From NCBI GenBank assembly GCA_963666285.1, contig OY762711.1: 64,000 nucleotides of DNA; one strand, written 5' to 3'. Position 1 is the first letter of the stretch. Every line of letters starts with the position of its first letter. Both the position numbers and the translations under genes were made by a program. The notes under the pieces were generated by a model. That model saw only the letters and a program-made list of their open reading frames with translations. It did no database searches and had not been told where the DNA came from. Source of the DNA: Sedimentisphaerales bacterium. Lineage in GTDB: Bacteria > Planctomycetota > Phycisphaerae > Sedimentisphaerales > SM23-30. Below are positions 8,437 to 22,889 of the stretch, one piece after another.

Positions 8437-10086
8437 CTAATCTTTCCAGTTGGTAAGCCCTACACGATCCGACCATTTCTGCCATTCATCAGCAAGTTCT
8501 TTTACTTTTTCCGGATATTTACTCGCCAGATTTGTCGTTTCCGTAATATCTTTTTTGATATTATAAAGTTCCCACTTGTCAGAAGTCCCGCTAAACGCCG
8601 ATAGCTTCCATTCGCCCTTTCGTACGGCCCTGCCATTTTCGTGCTCAAAACAAATTACATCATGCCCACCTCTGGTACCGCCATTAATAATCGGCATCAA
8701 ACTTATGCCTTCAACCGGAGTGGATTTCTTGCCATTAAATTCTGTCGGATATTTAGCTTCCGCCAGCTCCAAACATGTCGGCATTATATCCATCACATGA
8801 GCAAACTGCTTTGTAATCGAACCTTTCTTTGTTTTTAAACCATCTGGCCAGTGGATGATACATGGCGTATTACAGCCGCCTTCAAATGATTCCTTCTTCC
8901 AGTATCTAAACGGCGTATTTGCTGCATTCGCCCATGCCTGACCAATACAGTTATAACTCATCTCAGAACCAAGATCTTCTAACTTTGTTTCTCTCGCATA
9001 TGGAATCTTTTTACCTTCTCTTGTATATGCCGTACGATCATAACCCGGTGCGTACATCACCTCTGGCGATGCTCCATTGTCAGCAAACAAAAATAGCACG
9101 GTATTATCATACTGACCTGATTCTTTCAACACTTCAATAAATCTGCCAATACACTGGTCAACCCTGTCAACCATAGCGGCATGAACTGCCATCTTACGGG
9201 CATTAAATTCCTGGTCTTCTTTACTTAGCTTATTCCATTTAGCGCCGCCATCCATTAGCTTTGGCTTCTTCGCCGTCTCAGGATCAAATAAACCCATCTC
9301 TATCTGACGGTTGTAACGGTCATCTCTCAGCTTCTGCCAGCCGCCCTTATATGTATCTTTATATTTTGCTATATCTTCAGGTAAAGCCATAAGCGGCCAG
9401 TGTGGAGCACAATGGGCAAAATACATAAAGAAAGGTTTATCGCTCTTACTGAAATCCTTAACATATTCAATTGCTTTATCTGTTATCGCATCTGTAAAAT
9501 AGTAATCATCCGGCACATTTTGTACTGCTTTGTGACCATCAACCAGTGAAAATGGATCAAAATAATCGATAACGCCCCAGATTACACCATAATGCCTGTC
9601 AAATCCGCGATCAATCGGATACGTTCCTTCCGGGCCAAATGGTTCATGGTCATAATGGTGGTCCAGCCATTTCTGGTGCAAATCACCTTCCAGTATGATA
9701 TTTCGCGACAAATGCCATTTACCTACCATCGCAGTATCATAACCGGCAGTTCTCAGAACTTCCGCTATAGTAGCACTATCCTTCGATAAGCTTCTGCCAT
9801 TCCTTACCAAACCCACCTGGTGTGGATACTTACCCGTTAACAGGCTGGCCCTAGTCGGGCAGCATCTGGCAGTATTATGAAACTGGGTAAACCTCAAGCC
9901 ATTCGCTGCCAGTTTATCTATGTTAGGTGTATTAATCTCACCGCCGTAACAGCCTGGATCAGAAAAACCCATATCATCAACCATCATCACAATTATATTA
10001 GGCCTGGTATCTTTAGCCGCGAAGACAATTGAATAATCAAGTAGCAGTAAACAGGCAATAATCAAAACAAATATACTTTTTTTCAT
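8437..10086 (-). CDS. Secreted arylsulfatase (formylglycine-dependent, family S1)
   Basis: Signal peptide; PNIIVMMVDDMG, CCPTRASLLTG (CxPxR), GKWHL motifs. Confidence 0.95.
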   Translation of the reverse strand: MKKSIFVLIIACLLLLDYSIVFAAKDTRPNIIVMMVDDMGFSDPGCYGGEINTPNIDKLAANGLRFTQFHNTARCCPTRASLLTGKYPHQVGLVRNGRSLSKDSATIAEVLRTAGYDTAMVGKWHLSRNIILEGDLHQKWLDHHYDHEPFGPEGTYPIDRGFDRHYGVIWGVIDYFDPFSLVDGHKAVQNVPDDYYFTDAITDKAIEYVKDFSKSDKPFFMYFAHCAPHWPLMALPEDIAKYKDTYKGGWQKLRDDRYNRQIEMGLFDPETAKKPKLMDGGAKWNKLSKEDQEFNARKMAVHAAMVDRVDQCIGRFIEVLKESGQYDNTVLFLFADNGASPEVMYAPGYDRTAYTREGKKIPYARETKLEDLGSEMSYNCIGQAWANAANTPFRYWKKESFEGGCNTPCIIHWPDGLKTKKGSITKQFAHVMDIMPTCLELAEAKYPTEFNGKKSTPVEGISLMPIINGGTRGGHDVICFEHENGRAVRKGEWKLSAFSGTSDKWELYNIKKDITETTNLASKYPEKVKELADEWQKWSDRVGLTNWKD

Positions 10087-10257
10087 AATAAGCTCTCCGA
10101 TAAAATTATAATGCGTCTTATTATATAATGTCTTCTACACCATAAAAGTAAGCTAATATTATAAAAAAAGTTGTTAACAGGTATAAACAAACCCGCTAAC
10201 AACTTTATTTTTATAAATTGTAAACTTCAAATCAAACGGACTTAAGTTACTTTGCTA

Positions 10258-11409
10258 TTACTTAGTGCTGAACTTATGGATTGTTGTTGTCTTATAAGTC
10301 TGGCCCGGAAGTAATGTTACACTTGGAAATTCAGGTTTATTTGGCGAATCTGGATAATGCTGGGTTTCCAGGCAGAACGCATAACGATGCTTGTAAACCT
10401 TGCCATCCTTACCTGTCAGAGTACCATCCAGGAAGTTACCTGCATAGAACTGAATTCCTGGCTCATTTGTATCTATTTCCATAAAACGACCTGAAACAGG
10501 CTCATAAACTGTTGCTGCTACAGACATTTCGCTGCCCTTCTTGTTAAGAACCCAGTTGTGATCGTAACCACTACCGAATTTCAACTGTTCAAAATCAGCA
10601 TCAATCCTGTCACCGATTCTTGTTGGCTTGGTAAAGTCCATTGGAGTACCGGCAACCGGTAAAATCTCACCTGTTGTAATCAGGCCTTCGTCAACCGGGG
10701 TGAATTTATCAGCGTTAAGCATCAACTCATGAGAATAATTATTTCTTCTTCCCTGTCCAGCCAGGTTAAAGTAGCAGTGGTTAGTCAGATTACATACAGT
10801 TGGCTTATCTGTTGTTGCAACATATTCGATAACAAGCTCATTTTTGTTTGTTAAGAAATATGTTACTGTCACATCCAGATTACCCGGGTATCCTTCTTCC
10901 ATATCCTTGCTTAGATAATGCAATTCCAGACCTACACAGCAATCTTTCTTAAATGGCTTGGCTGTCCATACTTTTCGGTTAAACCCTTCGATTCCGCCGT
11001 GAAGATGGTTTTCGCCATTATTAATTGCCAGTTTGTCATAAACCTTGCCGTCCAGGGTAAATTTTCCTTTGCCGATACGGTTACCGTAACGACCTATAAG
11101 AGCGCCGAAATATGGATTGGATTCATCTTCATAGCCTGAGACATCCTCAAATCCTAGACAGCAATCTTCCAGCTTGCCATTACGGTCAGGCAGCCATAGC
11201 TCTACGATTGTTCCGCCATAATTTGATATTTTTGCTGTTATTCCATTAGCATTTTTCAATGTGTACAGATCAACTTTTTCGCCATATTTGGTTTTGCCAA
11301 AAGATGATTTGCTTACAGAACCCTTTCCAGAATCTCCAATCATTCCGCAACCTGAAAAGATAAAAGCTGCAGATAACATTAGCACAACTAGACTTAGCTT
11401 GTTTAACAT
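10258..11409 (-). CDS. galM: Aldose 1-epimerase (galactose mutarotase) with lipoprotein-like signal
   Basis: GRYGNRI, HLHGG, NLTNHCYFNL, GYDHNW, FCLETQHYPDSPN; N-terminal ...FIFSGC lipobox. Confidence 0.95.
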   Translation of the reverse strand: MLNKLSLVVLMLSAAFIFSGCGMIGDSGKGSVSKSSFGKTKYGEKVDLYTLKNANGITAKISNYGGTIVELWLPDRNGKLEDCCLGFEDVSGYEDESNPYFGALIGRYGNRIGKGKFTLDGKVYDKLAINNGENHLHGGIEGFNRKVWTAKPFKKDCCVGLELHYLSKDMEEGYPGNLDVTVTYFLTNKNELVIEYVATTDKPTVCNLTNHCYFNLAGQGRRNNYSHELMLNADKFTPVDEGLITTGEILPVAGTPMDFTKPTRIGDRIDADFEQLKFGSGYDHNWVLNKKGSEMSVAATVYEPVSGRFMEIDTNEPGIQFYAGNFLDGTLTGKDGKVYKHRYAFCLETQHYPDSPNKPEFPSVTLLPGQTYKTTTIHKFSTK

Positions 11410-11616
11410 TACATAATCTCCTTACAAGAAATAATAAAATTATAAAATTATCAAAAAGATCTATATGAACTCAGAAAAGTATTATTATATTTTAATTCCT
11501 TACTATTGAAAGCACTTTTTTAAGCATTTTCAGTAAAAGAACTTACAATTAAATACAACTTATGGAGTACATTGTATCTCGATGACAACAATTACAAATA
11601 GCAATAACGTAAGGCA

Positions 11617-13905
11617 TTATTTAAGCTGAATATTCAGTGAACTGCCGAATGTTTCATTTCTTCCACCTCGCTTTTGTCCACTATTTTTACCAGCTTTTTC
11701 AGCCATAACCGGCTTATTTCCGTTTCTGCTTTGCTTTTTATTTTCTTTTGAACCGCCCTGCTGAGCTTTCTTTTCTGTTTTCATGCTCAAGGCGATTCGC
11801 TTGCGATCAATATCAATCGACGTAACTCGTACTTTTACCTGTTGCTGAACCTTTACAACTTCGTTTGGATCGCTAATATACCTGTCAGCCATTTCACTTA
11901 TATGAACTAAACCATCCTGATGAACCCCGATATCGACAAAACAGCCAAATGCCGTTACATTGGTTACTATGCCCGGCAGCTCCATACCCTCTGCCAGATC
12001 TTTTATATCATTAACACCTTCAGCAAATTGAAATACCTCAAATTTCTCACGCGGATCACGCCCCGGCTTGCTCAATTCACTCATAATATCCGTCAACGTG
12101 GGCATACCAACAGATTCTGACACATACTTACTCAAATCAACTTTATCACGTAATGACTGATCTGCTATCAAATCCTGAACATTGCAGTTCAAATCATTTG
12201 CCATTTGAGTTACAACAGAATAACTTTCCGGATGCACAGCACTGGAATCTAATGGATTTAAAGCGCCTCGAATACGTAAAAAACCGGCTGCCTGTTCATA
12301 TGTTTTAGCACCCATGCCTGAAACTTCCAGTAATGATTTACGGGAAGAAAATGGACCATTCTGCTCCCTGAAAGTCACAATCGCCCCGGCCAAACGAGTA
12401 CTCAGCCCGGACACATAGTTTAGCAGCTGCTTGCTGGCTGTATTGACCTCAACACCCACGCTGTTTACACAGCTTTCCACGGTGTCATCAAGCGACCTTT
12501 TCAGCATATTCTGGTCAACGTCATGCTGATATTGCCCAACACCGATACTTTTAGGATCAATCTTAACCAATTCAGCTAAAGGATCCATCAAACGGCGGCC
12601 TATCGATACAGAACCGCGTACAGTCAGGTCATAATCAGCAAATTCGTCCCTGGCTGCTTCTGAAGCCGAATAGACAGAAGCTCCAGACTCATTTACCATC
12701 ACAATGGTAACATCATTTAGCTTCAATTTACGTAAAAACTCTTCTGTTTCGCGACCGGCAGTACCATTACCAACAGCAATAGCCTTTATGCCGTACTTCT
12801 GACACAAAGCAATTACCGTATCACCTGCAGCAATCTCTTGTGCCTGACCATTATGCGGATAAATCGCCTCATTATGCAGCAATTTCCCTTGCGCATCCAG
12901 ACATACAAGCTTACATCCGGTCCTGAAACCCGGATCCAATGCCATTACAGGCATTTGGCCCAGCGGTGCCGCCATTAAAAGCTGCCTAAGATTATCTGAA
13001 AAAACCTTAATTGCAACCTCATCAGCCTTTTTCTTGGTCTCCAGACGCATTTCTGTCTCCATAGACAGCGATAATAATCGTTTATATGAATCTCCCGCAG
13101 CCAGCCTGACCTGTTCACCGCATTCGTTAGAAGATTTGACAAAAAGCTGTTCCAAAATATTCAATGCATATTCTTCAGGAACACTAATACGCATTGAAAG
13201 CATCTTCTCATTTGCTCCACGCCTCATCGCCAGCACTCTATGTGATGGAGAAGACACCGCAGGCTCTGTCCAGTCAAAATAATCGCGATATTTTGCCGCT
13301 TCAGGGTCTTCATCCTTGCCGGAAGCTACTTTACAAACAAACTCACCTTTTTCCAGGTATAGCTTTCTAAGCAATTCACGCGTATTCTGATCTTCACTTA
13401 TCCATTCTGCAATGATATCTCTGGCCCCGGCTAAAGCTGCCTCGCCATCTGTAACCTCTTTTTCTTCATCGATATATTTTGCCGCTTCTTCATTTAAGGC
13501 AAAATCACCCTGTTCAAAAATCAATTTTGCCAGCGGTTCCAGGCCTTTTTCCTTGGCAATAGTCGCCCTCGTACGACGTTTAGGCTTATAAGGCAGGTAT
13601 AAATCTTCCAGGACACTCATAACTCTGGCTTCTTCAATCTTCGCCTTAAGTTCATCGGTCAGCTTACCTTGAGAAGCTATTGATTCAAGTATGGATTCTC
13701 TACGTTTATCCAGTTCTGCCAGTTGATTAAGCATATCACGTATTGTTTGCACCTGAACCTCATCCAGAGACCCGGTAGCTTCTTTTCTATACCTGGCAAT
13801 AAATGGTATGGTACCACCTTCTTCCAGCAATCCGGCTGTTGCTTCTACCGACTTTACCCTAATTCCAGTTTCTTCAGCGATACGTATTATATGCTTTTCA
13901 TCCAT
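11617..13905 (-). CDS. tex: Tex family RNA-binding transcriptional accessory protein
   Basis: TIPFIARYRKEATG, DPGFRTGCK, DPKSIGVGQYQHDV, C-terminal S1 domain. Confidence 0.97.
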   Translation of the reverse strand: MDEKHIIRIAEETGIRVKSVEATAGLLEEGGTIPFIARYRKEATGSLDEVQVQTIRDMLNQLAELDKRRESILESIASQGKLTDELKAKIEEARVMSVLEDLYLPYKPKRRTRATIAKEKGLEPLAKLIFEQGDFALNEEAAKYIDEEKEVTDGEAALAGARDIIAEWISEDQNTRELLRKLYLEKGEFVCKVASGKDEDPEAAKYRDYFDWTEPAVSSPSHRVLAMRRGANEKMLSMRISVPEEYALNILEQLFVKSSNECGEQVRLAAGDSYKRLLSLSMETEMRLETKKKADEVAIKVFSDNLRQLLMAAPLGQMPVMALDPGFRTGCKLVCLDAQGKLLHNEAIYPHNGQAQEIAAGDTVIALCQKYGIKAIAVGNGTAGRETEEFLRKLKLNDVTIVMVNESGASVYSASEAARDEFADYDLTVRGSVSIGRRLMDPLAELVKIDPKSIGVGQYQHDVDQNMLKRSLDDTVESCVNSVGVEVNTASKQLLNYVSGLSTRLAGAIVTFREQNGPFSSRKSLLEVSGMGAKTYEQAAGFLRIRGALNPLDSSAVHPESYSVVTQMANDLNCNVQDLIADQSLRDKVDLSKYVSESVGMPTLTDIMSELSKPGRDPREKFEVFQFAEGVNDIKDLAEGMELPGIVTNVTAFGCFVDIGVHQDGLVHISEMADRYISDPNEVVKVQQQVKVRVTSIDIDRKRIALSMKTEKKAQQGGSKENKKQSRNGNKPVMAEKAGKNSGQKRGGRNETFGSSLNIQLK

Positions 13906-14207
13906 GCCTGCATAAACTCCTGTTAATAATATTCATAAGTACCTTTTCTAAAGGATAGTTATTGGACATAATCTCATTAAAACTGTCAAGGTATTTTTTA
14001 ACTGATGTAGGAATATTACCGACAATATAAGTATTGACGTATAAATATGATGTGAAAACTATAAATCGTTTATTTTTCTAGCTTTCAGATGAACATACAG
14101 CTAAAATTACAGTATTAATAATTGGTTGTATATAACTTACACAACTAAGCACAACTTGACATAAATACTTACCAATACACAAGTTCCACACACAATAAGG
14201 ACATCAG

Positions 14208-16427
14208 ATGAAAAGATTATTGAAACTTACATCGATATTTGAACAAAAAATACAGATCCTGACCATATTTGCAATCATTTGCATTAATTCATTAGTAAAT
14301 GCTGGCAGTCTATCAGATGTTACAACTCAGATTGCCCAGGGAAAACTTGAAAAAGCTATTGAATTGTGGGATACAGTTCCAGAGGCAGAAAAAGTTTCTT
14401 CTGACGGGATAATAGTAAGTGATATCATCAAAAACTATCAGTCTATCACGGATATACTCATGCAGGCCCGTGAAAAAGACCAGAAAAAATATCACGTTGA
14501 ATTAGATAAGGCCTACCAAAAAGCTTTATGGCAGGAAAAACTCCTTGAAACCAGCAAAAGTTTCGATTTTGAAGCCGAAGAAAAGACCGAACAGGAAACC
14601 AAACTTGCCGAAGATACAGACAAATATTGGCTTGAATCATTAGTTAAATTGTATGATGTTCATGCTTTTTCCAAAAGAATGGACATGGATGAAGGTGTTA
14701 ACCCTGACACCAAGCAAACCATTGTCAATAAATGCCTTACAATCGCAGAAAAATTAGAAACTGAAGACAAGGAGCTGGAAGCATACAACAAAGTATATTT
14801 CTTTGTCGGGGAAGTTACCAACCAGCCTAACAAATACGACCAGATGTATCAAGAGCTGGAACGTATGGCAATTATGGAAGCTACCTACGTCAACGATCCT
14901 AATTCTGAAGGAGTTACATGGGAAGAAAGGCGTAAGGATATTACCCTTGATATAATCTATATAGCCCTGGCAACCATTGACATGGATTATGTAGAAAGCC
15001 CTCCATACCAGAATATGATAGAAAAAGGGATAGATTTCTGCCTGCTTTTAACTCAAACTGATAAGATAGACAACACTTTTGAACAACTCAAAGATGAAGA
15101 CAACGAAAGTATTTTTAGACTCAAACTAAAAACATTACAGAAAAAACTTCGAAACACATCTGTAGAGAGTATTAATTACAATGAATGTGTAAAATACCTT
15201 GCTGAAATTCTCAAAATTAACAGCACAACCCTTGAGCTGCCAAATAATGTTATTATGGCTGAGTACACAGAAGGCATGTTCGACGCCCTGGACACACATA
15301 CTTCGATAGTATGGCCACAGGCAGTTGAAAACTTCCGTAAGCAGATGACAAATGAATTTTCCGGTATCGGAGTTATTATCAAGAAAAATGATGAAGGTTA
15401 TATCGTAGCCGATTCTCTGATAAGCTATCAATCTCCGGCCTGTATAGCCGGACTTGATGCCGGTGATGTTATTATGAAAGTTGACGGAAAGCCTACCAAC
15501 GACTTAACTACAGAAAAAGCTATTGACCTGATAACCGGCCCGGACGGTACAGACGTTGTATTAACAGTAATGCGCGAAGGATTCGAAGAGCCTAAAGAAT
15601 TTACCGTCACCCGCAGGAATATTGTTGTCCCAACAGTAAAAGGCATATCCAGAGATATGATGGGTGACTGGAACCATTTCCTCGACGAACAGAAGCAGAT
15701 AGGCTATGTTCGACTAACAAATTTTAGCGGAAACACTGCCGAATCCATGCTTTCAATAATGACTAATCTTAAAAAGCAGGGTATGAAGGCAATGGTACTT
15801 GACCTGCGAAGTAATACTGGCGGCTACCTGCAGACAGCCGTTGAAATCGTTAATTATTTTATTAGTGAAGGTAGAATAGTCAGCAGTAAACACCGAATAG
15901 GAGGCGACAATGAAGATGTTTACGATGCAAAACCTTCTAGAGTGTTTGACGAAGAAATGCCTCTTGTAGTTCTGGTTAACTCTGTTTCTGCAAGCGCCTC
16001 TGAAATTGTCTCTGGGGCATTGCAAGTCAGAGACAGAGCCATAGTCGTCGGCACCCAAACCTACGGAAAAGGCAGTGTTCAGACAATAAGAAATGTTGGC
16101 TTTACGCCGGCTGAAATTAAAATGACTATTGCCAAATATTATCTCCCTGATGGTAGATGTGTTCACCGTGACCCTAAAGACAAATTGAACAAAGATTATG
16201 GCGTCATCCCTAATGTAAAAGTAGAACTTACCACAGAACAGATTACCGATTGGGCTGAAATGGTAAGAAACGCCGACACATTGCATCGTCATGATATTCC
16301 GGCAGAAAACAGAAACTGGGATGTTTGGACTGTGGATGAAGTATTAAATGTTGATCCTCAACTTCAAACAGCAAAACTTATCCTTGAAGCACAGGTTGAA
16401 AAACAGCAATTCGCTTCTAAACAATAA
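14208..16427 (+). CDS. S41 family C-terminal processing protease (PDZ) with long helical N-terminal region
   Basis: FSGIGV PDZ, LDLRSNTGG, SASASEIV (Ser), TYGKGSVQ (Lys); N-terminal hydrophobic segment. Confidence 0.92.
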   Translation: MKRLLKLTSIFEQKIQILTIFAIICINSLVNAGSLSDVTTQIAQGKLEKAIELWDTVPEAEKVSSDGIIVSDIIKNYQSITDILMQAREKDQKKYHVELDKAYQKALWQEKLLETSKSFDFEAEEKTEQETKLAEDTDKYWLESLVKLYDVHAFSKRMDMDEGVNPDTKQTIVNKCLTIAEKLETEDKELEAYNKVYFFVGEVTNQPNKYDQMYQELERMAIMEATYVNDPNSEGVTWEERRKDITLDIIYIALATIDMDYVESPPYQNMIEKGIDFCLLLTQTDKIDNTFEQLKDEDNESIFRLKLKTLQKKLRNTSVESINYNECVKYLAEILKINSTTLELPNNVIMAEYTEGMFDALDTHTSIVWPQAVENFRKQMTNEFSGIGVIIKKNDEGYIVADSLISYQSPACIAGLDAGDVIMKVDGKPTNDLTTEKAIDLITGPDGTDVVLTVMREGFEEPKEFTVTRRNIVVPTVKGISRDMMGDWNHFLDEQKQIGYVRLTNFSGNTAESMLSIMTNLKKQGMKAMVLDLRSNTGGYLQTAVEIVNYFISEGRIVSSKHRIGGDNEDVYDAKPSRVFDEEMPLVVLVNSVSASASEIVSGALQVRDRAIVVGTQTYGKGSVQTIRNVGFTPAEIKMTIAKYYLPDGRCVHRDPKDKLNKDYGVIPNVKVELTTEQITDWAEMVRNADTLHRHDIPAENRNWDVWTVDEVLNVDPQLQTAKLILEAQVEKQQFASKQ

Positions 16428-16474
16428 TCACATTTTCATTATGTACAACGGTTTTATCACTGCGTACAAAATTT

Positions 16475-18640
16475 ATGAACTACAAAATAATTACGACAAT
16501 ATTACGAAAGGAACTGCTCGAAACACTTCGAGACAGAAGAACTTTATTTGCTATGATAGGAGTGCCAATCATCCTTTATCCGGCACTTTTTATCGGCATG
16601 ACACAGTTTACACTTATCCAGCAGGGAAAACTGTCATCCCAAAAATCAAAAGTCGCGGTAATTGGTGAAAATTATTCAGAATTTCAGGAATGGCTGGAAA
16701 ACTATCAGCCAGAAAATGAAGATGATAATAACGATGAAATATCCAAAAAGCTGGAATATGTCTCCCTGGAAAATGATATAACTAATAGAATCCAGAACAA
16801 TCTGAGTGATAACAGTTCTATCAACACCATTTTAAAAGAATACAAGATTGACTCTATTGCAATCATTAACAAGGCGGATGATGATAAAGAAGATAGTAAT
16901 TCACGTTTTACTAACTTAATTGCACATATCAAATACGATAACACAATACCATCTTCCGATCAGGGAAGAAAGCGACTTATCAGGCTTATCAATTTATACG
17001 GCAAACAGTTAAAAAAAGAACGCCTAAATGAAATTGGAATCAGCAGTAACGATATTCAGCCATTAACAATTCAGGCAATAGATATCGCCCCACCAGAAAA
17101 AACGGCAGGTTCCATACTTGGACGTATTTTACCTATGCTAATGATAATTAACCTTGCTCTTGGCGCTTTTTACCCTGCATTAGATCAAACTGCCGGAGAA
17201 AAAGAACGCGGCACTTTTGAAACTCTGCTGAGCACCCCTGCTCGCAAAACTGAGATAGTCACCGGTAAATTTCTTGCCATTTTTTCACTGGCTCTTATTA
17301 CTGCTGTTTTAAGTCTGACTAGTATGGGCCTGACAATGGTCACTCAAATCGGGCAGATGGCTAATGCTGCCGGTGCCGGTACTGATAACCCGCTTGCCGC
17401 CATTCAGATATCTGCCTCAACAATTGTAATAATGTTTCTAATCCTGATACCGCTGGCATTTTTTATCTGCTCGGTAATGATGTCTATTGCACTATTTGCT
17501 CGAAATTTCCGAGAAGCACAGCATTACGTAACACCTTTTTACTTAGCCATTACAATGCCGGCAATAGTAGCAAGCTTCCCTACAGTAGAACTTACCAAGA
17601 TTACAATGCTGCTGCCAATCCTGAATGTTGCGTTATTATTTAAAGAACTGCTGATTGGTAATTTTGCACTCGATCTGATAACAGGCGTATTTATTTCAAC
17701 AGCAGGCTGGGCTACACTGGCATTAACAATCTCAGTTAAACTCTTCCAAAGCGAGCAGCTTATCCTCAACCAGGAAAAAGGGTTACCGATAACTCTGAAA
17801 CGTAATTTAATTAAGCCGTCTGACAAACCGGAAGTCGGTATGTCACTTGGCCTATTTGCTTTATGCCTGTTAACACTTTTCTACTGTGGTACATATTTTC
17901 AAAGCAAAGGAATGATTTCCGGCATAATTATTACAGAATGGGTATTTGTATTTGTTCCGGTACTGTTGATACTCTGGTTTTATAAAATCAACCTCAAACA
18001 AACATTAAGTTTAAAGCTGCCAAAATTTTACGAACCAATATTGGCAATATTGCTTATTATCGGGGCTAACATTGTAGTAATGCGTTTAGGTATCGAGCAG
18101 TCAAAATATATTCCAATGCCTGAAGCTCTTAGCAAACTGGCAGAAACCATGATGAGTAATGATAAATCATGGTTGGAAACAATTAAACTCCTGTTTGCTA
18201 TTGCATTTTCTGCCGCTGTTTGTGAGGAAATCCTGTTTCGAGGTGCGGTATTCTCCGGACTTAACAAACCAGGTAAAGGATTGATGGCAATTACTGTTAC
18301 TGCCGCACTATTTGCTATTATGCATATGAGCATATATAGGCTCATGCCAACATTTTTACTTGGCATGGTGCTGGGATATCTTACCTGGAGAACCGGTTCT
18401 ATATTTAACAGCATGCTGGCTCACTTAGTTAATAATTCAATTCCTGTTCTATTGTTTACTGGAAAACTACCGGCTCTTAAGATTTGGTTAGATCAATTTG
18501 AAGGGGATAATCCTGCAGAAATAAAACCAGTACCAATATGGCTCATAGCTGCAGCAGTTGGAATAATTCTGACAGTTATCATAATCCTAGAAACTACAAA
18601 CGAAAAAAAGACTATACAATCCTGCGAAAATGAAAATTGA
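16475..18640 (+). CDS. NatB-like ABC-2 permease fused to CPBP (CAAX-like) intramembrane metalloprotease
   Basis: KELLETLRDRRTL, AGEKERGTFETLLSTP; C-terminal CEEILFRG, FAIMH, HLVNN motifs. Confidence 0.9.
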   Translation: MNYKIITTILRKELLETLRDRRTLFAMIGVPIILYPALFIGMTQFTLIQQGKLSSQKSKVAVIGENYSEFQEWLENYQPENEDDNNDEISKKLEYVSLENDITNRIQNNLSDNSSINTILKEYKIDSIAIINKADDDKEDSNSRFTNLIAHIKYDNTIPSSDQGRKRLIRLINLYGKQLKKERLNEIGISSNDIQPLTIQAIDIAPPEKTAGSILGRILPMLMIINLALGAFYPALDQTAGEKERGTFETLLSTPARKTEIVTGKFLAIFSLALITAVLSLTSMGLTMVTQIGQMANAAGAGTDNPLAAIQISASTIVIMFLILIPLAFFICSVMMSIALFARNFREAQHYVTPFYLAITMPAIVASFPTVELTKITMLLPILNVALLFKELLIGNFALDLITGVFISTAGWATLALTISVKLFQSEQLILNQEKGLPITLKRNLIKPSDKPEVGMSLGLFALCLLTLFYCGTYFQSKGMISGIIITEWVFVFVPVLLILWFYKINLKQTLSLKLPKFYEPILAILLIIGANIVVMRLGIEQSKYIPMPEALSKLAETMMSNDKSWLETIKLLFAIAFSAAVCEEILFRGAVFSGLNKPGKGLMAITVTAALFAIMHMSIYRLMPTFLLGMVLGYLTWRTGSIFNSMLAHLVNNSIPVLLFTGKLPALKIWLDQFEGDNPAEIKPVPIWLIAAAVGIILTVIIILETTNEKKTIQSCENEN

Positions 18641-19046
18641 AGATTTCAAAAAATGTAAAATAGGTGAATGTACTACAGAAATTCGAGTTCGTTATTATGA
18701 AGCAGACCGTCAGAATGTAGTACACCATAGCAACTATGCCCGTTACTTTGAGTTAGGCCGTACTGAGCTATTGCGGGCCAATGGTTACAACTATAAAGAC
18801 CTGGAAGACTGCGGAGTGATGCTGGTAGTAGCCAAGCTTGAGTGCCGTTTTAAGTACCCTGCCAGCTATGATGACATACTTGAAATCCATACCAGAGTTT
18901 CAAGAGCAGATAAAGCCAGGCTGGAACACTCATATATTATTAAAAGAAAAGCCGACGGTAAAGTTCTTACCGAAGGCTCTACAACTTTAGTACATGTTGA
19001 TAAAGAAGGAAAACTCCAGCCAATGCCGGAGTTCCTTCAATCTTAA
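18630..19046 (+). CDS. Acyl-CoA thioesterase (YbgC/4HBT hotdog family)
   Basis: RVRYYEADRQNVVHHSNYARYFELGR motif; overlaps the upstream stop. Confidence 0.9.
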   Translation: MKIEDFKKCKIGECTTEIRVRYYEADRQNVVHHSNYARYFELGRTELLRANGYNYKDLEDCGVMLVVAKLECRFKYPASYDDILEIHTRVSRADKARLEHSYIIKRKADGKVLTEGSTTLVHVDKEGKLQPMPEFLQS

Positions 19047-19051
19047 TCAAC

Positions 19052-22204
<3,153 letters not shown>

Positions 22205-22366
22205 ATTACTTTCCTTGGCCTACTTAAGCCTCATAATATCAATAGTTTAGGTTGAGCAGATATCATCTGTTGCGAGTTCGCGTGCAGGTATAGTATCTGC
22301 GAAAATCTCAAGCTGTACTATTATCAATATTAATACAGATTAATCAAGCCTTTACGGAAAGAGAGA

Positions 22367-22415
22367 AACAGCAATCAGCAGCCAGCAAACAGCGGTCAGT
22401 GGTCGGTAATCAGCG
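22367..22415. repeat. Degenerate tandem heptamer tract (NNCAGCN x7)
   Basis: aacagca atcagca gccagca aacagcg gtcagtg gtcggta atcagcg. Confidence 0.7.
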
Positions 22416-22859
22416 GTATGCGGAGATATGAAAAAGAGTTAATCAATAAAAAGGTCAGCAAGTTATGCAGGAGACATATAAAAAAGAATATGCAATACAG
22501 GTATAAGAAATTGATATATAAAAAAACAGATATTTTATGTTTGCAGTGATGGCAGGATTGATGTTAAGTGTTGTAATAGCTATATTTTACGATGTATCAG
22601 GTCGACATGTCGGTGGGGAATTTGTGCTCTAAACACGGATTGGTCTAGCGATGAACGGATTGAAACGGAAGGTAAGCGAAGAAGAACGGAGGCAGCGCGG
22701 ATGGCTATAAAGGGGTACGGATTGGCAGCGATTTTTTGATAAAAAATTGGTGATTAAAAATACAAATATCGGGTATAAAATATGGGTTTAATGGGAAATA
22801 ATGAAGGTTGGCTGACGGCGGGGTATTTAGTTTATAGCCGAACGCATGAGATTTTGGGA

Positions 22860-22889
22860 TTGTGGGCGGACCAGATGTCGCGGAGCGGC
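22860..22889. repeat. 30-bp hairpin repeat, inverted copy of 7365-7394
   Basis: TTGTGGGCGGACCAGATGtCGCGgAGCGGC versus reverse complement of 7365-7394: 2 mismatches. Confidence 0.85.

Noticed and set aside
13999..14025. Sigma28-like box (TAAC-N15-ACCGACAA) upstream of the S41 protease
   Set aside because: Several mismatches to consensus, and sigma70-like boxes nearby explain the region equally well
22205..22340. T-box leader upstream of ileS
   Set aside because: Only small hairpins; no T-box consensus or terminator/antiterminator
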